In this document: positions 17,960 through 25,556 of the stretch, piece by piece
How positions within the stretch are numbered: the stretch's first letter is position 1
Layout: each line of letters begins with the position of its first letter
Assembly (NCBI RefSeq): GCF_041929145.1
Contig: NZ_JBHFNU010000005.1
Location: 84,868 to 110,476, forward strand
Source: Aerosakkonema sp. BLCC-F183
GTDB lineage: Bacteria > Cyanobacteriota > Cyanobacteriia > Cyanobacteriales > Aerosakkonemataceae
Length of the DNA stretch: 25,609 nt
Direction: 5' to 3'
The notes under the pieces: model-generated
What the model was told of the DNA's origin: nothing
Seen by the model: only the letters and a program-made list of their open reading frames with translations
Database searches by the model: none
Translations under genes and position numbers: made by a program

Positions 17960-20346
17960 CAGTCAGCCTCCTGAGTTACAAGTCTTTCCTGGGATGTTCC
18001 AGAATCTTCAGATGTCTCAATGAAGTCATAGAGGTCTACCAGTTCTCGCCAAATTGTTTCGTAGGTTGTCTCTCCTGGTTCTAGAATGGACATCCAAGGA
18101 GCTAGATTACCCTTATTATTTTGCTCTTTTGGTTGACACCAAGCTTCTTCAAACTTTTCTTTTAATTCTTGTTGTCCTTGCTGGAGTCGAACTCGAAAAT
18201 AACGGTAGTTAAGAATAGCGGTATGCTTGCCCCGTTCCAGTAGATCGCGAATTTGGTACAGTTGCGATCGCGGAAATTTTGCCTTGTTCAATGCGTCGAT
18301 TGTCTCAATCAATCCTCCTAATTCATGCAAAGTATAAGGGGCCGCATATAGCTTTAAAGTAGGAGTGTGTATGTCCTTAATTTTCACCTCTGGATTTTTA
18401 ATTAATGCCTGCTTTCTGAACTCGTCGATATCGGATGAAATCATCGTTACAGCTTTCAGCACTAAAAAATCAACCGTACCGCCACAATAGCCATATTTTC
18501 TCAACTTCTTTGCCTTGCTTTTAGCAGATTTAAGTAACTGCTCATAAAGGTTTTTTGCGTAGTAAATAGGAGTGTTGTAAGCTGTAATCAACACGCCGCT
18601 CGATATACTTAGTTGACACTGAGAAAGTTCTGCTTTTTCGCTTGAGTAGCGGTGGCATTTTTTGAGGTCAATTGGCTTTTCAGATTGCTTAGTATGATAG
18701 TTGCCTTGAATTTCTACACCTGCCAGAGATACTTGTTTGAGGAGGATTTTTTCAAACTGCTCGCCAATCATTTTAGCGATCGCCAATGCCTGAGAAGCTG
18801 GCACAATCAAAATAATATCATCTCCGCCAATCGTAATAATTTCAAAGGGATGAATGAAATCACCATCCTGCCATCTTGAATCTGGATCTTTAATTCCTCT
18901 AATCTGGCGGGGATGAAGATTATATGCTAAGGCTTGATAAACAGCATACTCAGTTGCGTTGGCCACATCTTCGCTAAACTCTTTGTATTTTTCTGGCGTA
19001 GTGCATATTTTCTGAATAAATCCTCCCATGTTGTTGCCATCAGCATAAATATAGGCAACAAAACCATTGCTGACATTGCCTAAATGCGTTAATGATTTAG
19101 CAATTTTAACATCATCCTGTTGGCAGGTTTGATAATATTGCTGACATTGCTCGGAATTTTTCTGTAAAAATTCCTCGAATTTGTCAACCCAACCTTCTAT
19201 TATTCCAGGTTGCCATTCTAGCCCGGTATTTTTGTACCATTCTGGTGTTTTAGCTAATCCCGTTTTAGCGCGATCGCCTACTCGTCTTTTACGTGCAGAA
19301 ACTTCAGAAAATTGAGATTCGCTGGGCAATAAAGGTGGCTGAACGATCGCCACAGCAGATCTGCGATCGCCTTCATCCCTTCTCAAATAAGGATGAGTTT
19401 CAAACATCGGTGGGTAGCGGCGACTGGGGCGATCGGGAAAATCATTTCCACTGCGGCGTTGATTAAACAGAATCGCCAATTTAGTTGTTAATTCATTAAA
19501 ACTTTTCCGGTTAGCAAAAGCTTCTTCAACAGATACCGGATCGCTAATACATGGCTCATTTGGCTTTTTCTCCAAGTTGCCAAAGTAAGCCCGAACCAAT
19601 GGTTTATTATATTCTTGACGATACCGCTCTAACCAGAAATTATTTTCAATGGGGTCTTGTAGCAGACCAAATCGAGTTTCCATTAACCTAAAGGTATCGG
19701 CGACTGCACAGGAATTAGCTGCTAAAGTTTCCTCGGTGTAACGCTTTTCAATAGCATTAGCTAAGTCATCTGCAAAAGCCGCTGGGCAAAACGCCAGAAT
19801 ATTACCGCCAGTTGAGTAGATGATTAGTTCAGGAATTAACGCATCTGAAAATTTTGGTTCATTAGGAAAGTTGTCGTTAAGCCATGTTCTTACTTCTTGA
19901 CACTGGATAGTGTAGTTGTAGAGAATTGATTCAGGGTTTTTGTTAAAAAAAGCAGGCAAATCGCTCAGATTGATTCGATCTAGTAGTGCAGAAGCACCCC
20001 GAATATCTGGGAGTTTTGCCGCTTCAAATACGTATTGTTTAATCTTGGTTGCACCGCCGTAAACCAAGCCTATTCGAGAGTTCCAAAGGATAGAATGCTG
20101 TTCGGCCAATAACTTTAACTCATCTAACGTTTTGGGAAACTTTAGAGTTTCTAATTGCTTGACTTGTTCGAGGAGCGATCGCATTTTTTCTGGAATATCT
20201 GTCCCAGCGTGCAATGCTTCCCGCATCTGGTGCAATTCCTTGATATCAAATTGCGGTTGGCGCTGTTCTCCCCAAGCCAGACACCAGGCGATTCCAACGA
20301 AAAGCTTTCCTGATGCTGTCTTTATGTCTTGTTGAAAGTTACTCAT
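17959..20346 (-). CDS. cas10: Cas10 large subunit of a type III CRISPR-Cas effector complex (III-D-like, no recognisable N-terminal HD domain, intact GGDD cyclase motif)
   Basis: 795 aa with ATG at 20346. The palm/cyclase motif FEIITIGGDDIILIVPASQALAIA is present. No H..HD..D motif is found in the first ~150 aa. It is the first gene of a coupled RAMP operon with the order cas10-cas7-cas5-cas11. Confidence 0.85.
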   Translation of the reverse strand: MSNFQQDIKTASGKLFVGIAWCLAWGEQRQPQFDIKELHQMREALHAGTDIPEKMRSLLEQVKQLETLKFPKTLDELKLLAEQHSILWNSRIGLVYGGATKIKQYVFEAAKLPDIRGASALLDRINLSDLPAFFNKNPESILYNYTIQCQEVRTWLNDNFPNEPKFSDALIPELIIYSTGGNILAFCPAAFADDLANAIEKRYTEETLAANSCAVADTFRLMETRFGLLQDPIENNFWLERYRQEYNKPLVRAYFGNLEKKPNEPCISDPVSVEEAFANRKSFNELTTKLAILFNQRRSGNDFPDRPSRRYPPMFETHPYLRRDEGDRRSAVAIVQPPLLPSESQFSEVSARKRRVGDRAKTGLAKTPEWYKNTGLEWQPGIIEGWVDKFEEFLQKNSEQCQQYYQTCQQDDVKIAKSLTHLGNVSNGFVAYIYADGNNMGGFIQKICTTPEKYKEFSEDVANATEYAVYQALAYNLHPRQIRGIKDPDSRWQDGDFIHPFEIITIGGDDIILIVPASQALAIAKMIGEQFEKILLKQVSLAGVEIQGNYHTKQSEKPIDLKKCHRYSSEKAELSQCQLSISSGVLITAYNTPIYYAKNLYEQLLKSAKSKAKKLRKYGYCGGTVDFLVLKAVTMISSDIDEFRKQALIKNPEVKIKDIHTPTLKLYAAPYTLHELGGLIETIDALNKAKFPRSQLYQIRDLLERGKHTAILNYRYFRVRLQQGQQELKEKFEEAWCQPKEQNNKGNLAPWMSILEPGETTYETIWRELVDLYDFIETSEDSGTSQERLVTQEAD

Positions 20347-20662
20347 CTTTGATATAGGGTGTTTGTTCTAACTTTTGCACGAATTCAGGTAACGCCAGTT
20401 TTGGCGAAACAAAATGTTAAACCAACGAATTAGATGTTTGGCGATCGCTCAAGTATCTTCTCAATTCGATTGCCAAATTCTTGCCTCTATTCTGACATCC
20501 GTATGGAAAACCCCTTTTCCAAGTTTTAACTCGTTTTTGAGGTATCGAACAGTAGTACTTGCCTTCCAGAGTTTCCACGCTTCAGCCTGGAAACTCCAAA
20601 AAAGCGATGACTACACCTGGATTAGAAAATTTCCAGGTGCATCAAAACTTTTGATTTACTCT

Positions 20663-21220
20663 CTATTGAGGTTTGAGAAAGAGGTTTAACTCCAAATGGA
20701 AGATGTTGCGAATCTTAAGCAACAAACATACACCAGCGTGCGGAATCTTTGCCATATCCCGCAGAGTCGGACATAATCCATTTACAGCCACATTTTCAAC
20801 TGCTGAACTTATAATTTCAACAGGCTGCTTCTCCGATTTGTTGGTAGGGTGGTTTGTAGGATGGAATTCCAGGCTTTGCGGGTGATGGAGTGGCGCTTTT
20901 GCTTGTGAAGTGAGCAAGATGCCCAAATCTGTAGTCGCCCATGTTGGCTGCCCTATAATGGGTGTAGCCGCGAGAACAGCTTGCTTCCCCTCTCCAAAAA
21001 CTAAAATCGTTGATGGAGAAAAAACCTTTGAGATTGAGCCAGGATTGTACGAAAGGCTCAAATTACCTAACAACCCACAGGTTAAATTGCTGGATTGTTG
21101 ATTTTGTAAGGTTTGGAGGAAACAAGCTGTTCTCGCTGGGCTTTGAGTAGTTAATTGAGTTTGGAAAGTTATCTCGCTTAAGGAAGCGTTTTTTGTCAAC
21201 TTTGGTATTGCTTGAGGCAT
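20663..21220 (-). CDS. Hypothetical Ser/Thr/Gln-rich protein upstream of cas10
   Basis: 185 aa ORF with ATG at 21220, no clear SD and low complexity (HPTNHPTN). It could be non-coding leader or promoter space instead. Confidence 0.25.
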   Translation of the reverse strand: MPQAIPKLTKNASLSEITFQTQLTTQSPARTACFLQTLQNQQSSNLTCGLLGNLSLSYNPGSISKVFSPSTILVFGEGKQAVLAATPIIGQPTWATTDLGILLTSQAKAPLHHPQSLEFHPTNHPTNKSEKQPVEIISSAVENVAVNGLCPTLRDMAKIPHAGVCLLLKIRNIFHLELNLFLKPQ

Positions 21221-21444
21221 ACTTATACCTACAATGAAAGGATAGATTATAGTATAACCTAGCTCTACAGGGAAAACTTGTCTTTTCCTATATGTTCAAA
21301 AACCGTAATTTATTTTCCAAAATATTAATACCAAGCAAGTCATGGCTGGATACCCGATGGTTAGGTTGACTTCTGGATCAAATTTGTGTATACTTTATAA
21401 GTCAAATATCAGAATAATAGAAAATGCCGTTTTTCAATGGTTAG
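21221..21444 (+). promoter_or_regulatory. AT-rich CRISPR leader-like region preceding degenerate repeats (also contains the divergent promoter space)
   Basis: About 220 nt of AT-rich sequence (ttattttccaaaatattaatacc..., tgtgtatactttataagtcaaatatcagaataatag) lie immediately upstream of the first repeat-like unit. Confidence 0.4.
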
Positions 21445-21550
21445 ACAAAAACCTAAAAACTCCCCGTAAGGGGATTGAAACAGGCATTTCTCACTGAAAT
21501 TTGATTAGTTGACTAAGTTCTCAACTACTTCCCCGCAAGGGGACTAAAAC
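21445..21550 (+). CRISPR. Minimal or degenerate CRISPR array with two repeat-like units and one ~32-35 nt spacer, and a possible third decayed unit at 21655-21684
   Basis: Unit 1 is ...AACTCCCCGTAAGGGGATTGAAAC and ends at 21481. Unit 2 is GTTCTCAACTACTTCCCCGCAAGGGGACTAAAAC (21517-21550). Both have a CCCC-N4-GGGG hairpin and a 3' ...[T/C]T[G/A]AAAC handle. From memory they closely resemble the 37-nt cyanobacterial type III-D repeat GTTCAACACCCTCTTTTCCCCGTCAGGGGACTGAAAC. A third fragment reads TTCCCCAAATGGGGAC. Confidence 0.5.
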
Positions 21551-21684
21551 CTCAAAACTGCTACACAGTGCTTATTGCTAGGTAAACCAGCGATCGCCTA
21601 CTACCACTTGCTGAAAAAAGGACAGTAGCTTATGAAAGCTTTGTTCTGGTGTGTCGGCTTATTCCCCAAATGGGGACGGAAAGA

Positions 21685-22281
21685 TTACGAACTCGCCATC
21701 GCACCTTGCTGCAACTCTCTCACCACCCATTCCAATTCCTCCACCATCCAACTGCTACTCAACTGGCGGTAAATCTGCAATTGTTCTTGATAAAGCCATA
21801 ACACCCCTTCCTTACCGCCTCGGAAATAATGCCAAATTTCTTCGCCAAATTGCCTAAAATTAACCAACATAGTCCGCGCATTGTGCAACTTATCCGCCAG
21901 CATCACCCTTTGCACTGGCGGACAAGCATCTCGTAGCTGTTGGAGATATTGCTGTTTGTGTTCTTTCCAAGTCGGATATAAACTCGGTTCTGGCTCGGTG
22001 CAACCTTCTATAATATGGAAAACGCGATCGCCAAATCGCTGCAAAATTTCCGCCTTCGTTACTTCTCCCCCTCGGTCTTCCAGCGCATCGTGCAATAAAG
22101 CGGAAATTGCCTCATCTTCATCTCCTCCATCTTCCAACACCAAAGCCGCTACGCTCAACAAATGGGCAATATAAGGAGTACCTGTAATTTTCCGTTGTTG
22201 GTCGCCATGAAGTTGCGCCGCATATACCAACGCTTCCTGAAAACGCGAAGTTAAAATTGTCAAACACCGTTCATTCTTCAT
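21685..22281 (-). CDS. Small alarmone hydrolase-type HD-domain protein (RelA/SpoT hydrolase fold, Mesh1/SAH-like)
   Basis: 198 aa with ATG at 22281. The HD motifs LHGDQQRKITGTPYIAHLLSVAALV and AISALLHDALEDRGG match the (p)ppGpp-hydrolase HD_4 signature. It overlaps the upstream WYL gene by 11 nt. Confidence 0.8.
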   Translation of the reverse strand: MKNERCLTILTSRFQEALVYAAQLHGDQQRKITGTPYIAHLLSVAALVLEDGGDEDEAISALLHDALEDRGGEVTKAEILQRFGDRVFHIIEGCTEPEPSLYPTWKEHKQQYLQQLRDACPPVQRVMLADKLHNARTMLVNFRQFGEEIWHYFRGGKEGVLWLYQEQLQIYRQLSSSWMVEELEWVVRELQQGAMASS

Positions 22282-23686
22282 AAATTTTCCATTCTTTTTC
22301 GACTTCTCTCTTCGCCTGTTCTCGTAATTCCACAGGGAGGAGAATTTCTACATTCGGTCGCCACGCACGCAAGCGCTGCATTACGTTAGGATCGCCTTGG
22401 CGATATTGCGCTTGGTAATAAGCATCTTGGGGAGAACATTTGCGCCAAATATTTAACATCTTTTGTTGTTGTTCTCCCTTTAAGTTCTGCCGAATTAATC
22501 GTTCTACTTCTTGATATGCCACTCGCGCAAAGGTAGCATGGCGCATAGTATTGCGGATGTAGCGATTATCCCACTCGCGATCGAACCTCAATAGTAGCAG
22601 TTGTGGGGGTTGATAGTAATCAAAACCCCAAACTTCTGCGATCGCTAATTGGATATCATCGGGAATAGGCAGAGTCTTCTTTTGATATCGCCGTTTCAGC
22701 GCCACCGGAACTTGCGGATCGTCCCAACTCAAAGGGATCGAATCCTGAATGCGATCGAGCCGATAATTGCGAAAATCTAATTTTCCCGATTCGTCTTGCG
22801 GAACTTCGCCAAACGCACACAAATACGGCCCTCTCTGATAATAATAAATGCAAACGGGATAAACTACCACCGACAAAGTTGTTTGCCATACCGCACTTTC
22901 ATAACTTAACAAAATCGGCGGTACAACTTCCTGTTGCCAAAGTTCCCGCAGTTGTGCTTGCCATTCTTCGACACGATCGATCGAGTCTTGCGGAATCACA
23001 TATTCCAGATGGATAAAAAAGCGCTGCTGACCATTCAATCGCGTGGAAAGATTATCTGCGATCGCAGCCAAATCCGGTTGCGTGAGAAAATCCAAATTGT
23101 AAGCTATCAGACGAGAATCTGATTTTTGGATCGAACTCGGCGTCCGTGGATATTTCTTAACCCGATAATACCGATTTCCTTGGCGTTTCAGCCACCCGAT
23201 TTCTATCAAAACTTGCAAATCGCCATAAAGCGATCGTCTTGTCAAGCCAAACAAACGAGTATCGTGCAACAATTCTTTAAGGTTATCCGGTAACAAATGA
23301 TGTTCCCGCAAAGATTGTTCAAACGATCGCTCTTTTTCCTGTACTTCCGGCTTCCCTAATTCCCCTTTCCACTTTGACTGAGTTAAATTGAAATCAGAAC
23401 CAAATAACCAAGCAGCAACAGTTTTCGCACAACGGCATTTCGGGTCGTGCAACGCCGGAATTTCTTCTTCTCTAGTATGAGTCGCAGTAAAAAAAGCATC
23501 TCGCCATTCAGGATAAGTAAAATTTTCCGGCAAATTCAACTTAATGCCGGCTTCCCCATACAGAAAGTGCAACCACACCCACAACCGCACCGCCTGTAGC
23601 AATCTTTGTTTTAAATCTCCCCGCGCCAGCCATTGCAGCAGTTCCACACGAGGAGGTTCATTCCAAAAGGGGTTGACCGTTTCCAA
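22271..23686 (-). CDS. WYL-domain protein with winged-HTH (putative ligand-sensing transcriptional regulator associated with the type III locus)
   Basis: 471 aa with an apparent TTG start. A wHTH-like segment RLFGLTRRSLYGDLQVLIEIGWLKRQGNRYYRV is present. The WYL-domain core YPVCIYYYQRGPYLCAFGE...GKLDFRNYRLDRIQDSIPL matches the P..L.y..g.WYL.a....R.FRLdRI consensus. Confidence 0.6.
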   Translation of the reverse strand: METVNPFWNEPPRVELLQWLARGDLKQRLLQAVRLWVWLHFLYGEAGIKLNLPENFTYPEWRDAFFTATHTREEEIPALHDPKCRCAKTVAAWLFGSDFNLTQSKWKGELGKPEVQEKERSFEQSLREHHLLPDNLKELLHDTRLFGLTRRSLYGDLQVLIEIGWLKRQGNRYYRVKKYPRTPSSIQKSDSRLIAYNLDFLTQPDLAAIADNLSTRLNGQQRFFIHLEYVIPQDSIDRVEEWQAQLRELWQQEVVPPILLSYESAVWQTTLSVVVYPVCIYYYQRGPYLCAFGEVPQDESGKLDFRNYRLDRIQDSIPLSWDDPQVPVALKRRYQKKTLPIPDDIQLAIAEVWGFDYYQPPQLLLLRFDREWDNRYIRNTMRHATFARVAYQEVERLIRQNLKGEQQQKMLNIWRKCSPQDAYYQAQYRQGDPNVMQRLRAWRPNVEILLPVELREQAKREVEKEWKIYEE

Positions 23687-23799
23687 GCTACTCTCCCGAT
23701 TTCAGCGATTTGCCTTCCTTTCTAAGTATGCCTCATCTTGGAAGCAGGTGCTTCCACCAGTTTGATACAGTAGCAATAACTCAATGAACCTATTATTTA

Positions 23800-24156
23800 A
23801 TGTCAGCCATTCAATTACAACTGTTTCGGGAGCAAATCCAGTCAGGTCTGGCCTACCAACACCTGCACATCCAAATCAACACACCGGATGGACTGATTGC
23901 ACCAGCCGACCTGAAAAATTTATCTCTACCGGAGGAAATGGTCTGGAGTCAAGGCGTTGTCATTGAAGGTAAAGCGCCAATTTGGTTGTACGCCTATTTA
24001 GTTCACGCTTGTCACCCCGCCGCTTGGGTAGCTTGCTTCGACCCCCGCTTAGAAGGTGCAGTTATAATTGCTACACACAGTCGCCAAGTCGCACTCGGAG
24101 ATATTCTCAAACTCAACTTACCCGCAGCCATATTTCGCAAAACAACAGGTACGTAG
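23800..24156 (+). CDS. Csx3-like (Crn3-type ring nuclease candidate) stand-alone domain protein
   Basis: 118 aa with ATG at 23800. It is paralogous to the N-terminal ~115 aa of the 24533 gene (GKAPIWLYAYLVHACHPAAWVACFDPRLEGAVIIATHS versus GIAPTWLYANLVERCWQAPWIGCYTAPKNQIVVIQS). The stand-alone plus NTPase-fused pair next to a type III locus is the arrangement reported for Csx3 in cyanobacteria. Confidence 0.4.
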   Translation: MSAIQLQLFREQIQSGLAYQHLHIQINTPDGLIAPADLKNLSLPEEMVWSQGVVIEGKAPIWLYAYLVHACHPAAWVACFDPRLEGAVIIATHSRQVALGDILKLNLPAAIFRKTTGT

Positions 24157-24179
24157 TGATAATAAAAACTTTTTAATAG

Positions 24180-24497
24180 TAGGGTGGGTTAGGCACGCGC
24201 AATAATTTCAATACTTTCGATCGATAATTAAGTTCCCGTGCCGTAACCCACCATCCCACCTACCTGTAACATTGACAAACATTTTCCACCATAAACCCTC
24301 TAGACCCGAAGATTGTACCCTATCAACCCAAAAGAACCAAGCGTTAAAACGCAACAACATACGAAGGTCTGTAAATCTAGCTCTTTCAAGTTTATGCTTC
24401 GCTTTTGTAACAGACAATTGTGATGGTGGGTTACGGCACGGACAGTTAATTATTAGTTTTTTGAGAGAAATTATCGCCCGTGCCTAACCCACCCTAC
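24180..24497. mobile_element. MITE-like nested-palindrome repeat element, copy 2
   Basis: TAGGGTGGGTTAGGCACGCGCAATAA ... CCCGTGCCGTAACCCACC ... GGTGGGTTACGGCACGG ... TTATCGCCCGTGCCTAACCCACCCTA. It is homologous to copy 1 with a longer central segment, and it is inserted between the two Csx3-like genes. Confidence 0.7.
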
Positions 24498-24532
24498 TGC
24501 TAAATCCAAAAAACTCAACAAAAGGAATAAAA

Positions 24533-25465
24533 ATGAATACGATCGCCTTACAAAAACAAGTTGAACTGCAAGTCACCGAACTGAAAACCGCACAAGGAAG
24601 TTATCAAACTTTGGCGATTAGCTTAGTGATGTTCCAGGAACTAATAAAAACTGATGTACTCGCACAATTGAAACTTCCTGACGAACTAGACTTGAGCAGA
24701 GAAGTAATTTTATACGGTATAGCTCCTACTTGGTTGTATGCCAATTTAGTAGAACGCTGTTGGCAAGCGCCTTGGATAGGATGCTATACAGCGCCAAAAA
24801 ATCAAATTGTTGTAATTCAAAGTCGGATATCAACAATAAGTATAGGCGATGCGATACCTGTATTGCTTAACAACATTCCTTGTCCGGCAATTTTAATAGG
24901 TGGTTCGCCTGACAGCGGCAAAAGCGTTTTATCGAATGCTTTGCGTTTTAATTTGATGAAAACCGGAGCATTCAAACGAGTATTTGTACATCGCGCTTCT
25001 TGGGATGGTGAGGGAAATTGGGTTTACGAAGTAGCGAATCGGGATTTAGCTAAAAAGCTGATTGTAGAAAACGAGTTTCGATTGCACGAAAATCCCGAAA
25101 CGGCGAAGTTAATACCGAAATTCTTTAAATATCATAGCTCGGCGGTACAGAATTTGCGGGAAGTTGTCGATTTGGTTTTGGTTGATGTGGGTGGTAAACC
25201 GCAGCAAGAGAAAGCGCCTCTGGTCGCACAATGTACGCACTATATAATTATTAGTAAAGAATCAGATGAGATTCCCAAATGGCACGAGCTTTGTCATCCA
25301 ACTTTGCAGCCGTTAACGGTGATTCACAGCGTCCGACAAAAACGAGAAGAAGTTTGGCAAAAACAACCTTTTTTGGAAATCATCGACGGACGCTGGTGCG
25401 AAGGTGAAATCCAGTCTGTTCCCGATATCTTGCTGGAAAATGTGCTTAGGGTTTTGCACGCCTAG
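24533..25465 (+). CDS. Csx3-like N-terminal domain fused to a P-loop NTPase (Csx3-AAA-type accessory protein)
   Basis: 310 aa with ATG at 24533 and AAAGGAA upstream. Residues ~1-115 are paralogous to the 118-aa ORF. Walker A ILIGGSPDSGKSVLSNAL and a Walker-B-like hydrophobic strand DLVLVDVGG are present. Confidence 0.5.
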   Translation: MNTIALQKQVELQVTELKTAQGSYQTLAISLVMFQELIKTDVLAQLKLPDELDLSREVILYGIAPTWLYANLVERCWQAPWIGCYTAPKNQIVVIQSRISTISIGDAIPVLLNNIPCPAILIGGSPDSGKSVLSNALRFNLMKTGAFKRVFVHRASWDGEGNWVYEVANRDLAKKLIVENEFRLHENPETAKLIPKFFKYHSSAVQNLREVVDLVLVDVGGKPQQEKAPLVAQCTHYIIISKESDEIPKWHELCHPTLQPLTVIHSVRQKREEVWQKQPFLEIIDGRWCEGEIQSVPDILLENVLRVLHA

Positions 25466-25556
25466 AGCGCCAGCAGACCCGGATTTGGTACAACGCGGTG
25501 GGGTAGCGCCCATCTGAGCCGACACAACACCCTTTAAATTATTTATTTAAATAAAA

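Noticed and set aside
10286-20346. Classification of the effector as type III-B (Cmr)
   Set aside because: In Cmr loci cas10 is followed by cmr3 (cas5). Here cas10 is followed by a small Cas7, then Cas5, then Cas11, which is the III-D order. I keep this as an inference pending profile searches.
20414-21101. Plus-strand small ORFs (91, 70, 63 aa) upstream of cas10
   Set aside because: They are short, have no motifs, and overlap the antisense 185-aa ORF. The region is more plausibly promoter, leader or UTR space.
22271-23686. A RelA/SpoT-type synthetase (toxSAS) domain in the 471-aa protein, as partner of the SAH
   Set aside because: No nucleotidyltransferase or synthetase motifs (no G..EIQIRT-like segment) are present. 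The recognisable modules are wHTH and WYL.
23544-23966. ORFs 23544..23765(+) and 23784..23966(+)
   Set aside because: They overlap the WYL gene start or sit in an alternate frame of the Csx3-like ORF. They are Ser/Arg-rich junk translations.
24208-24487. 69-71 aa ORFs inside MITE copy 2
   Set aside because: They are entirely within the palindromic repeat element. The equivalent positions in copy 1 are not conserved as ORFs.
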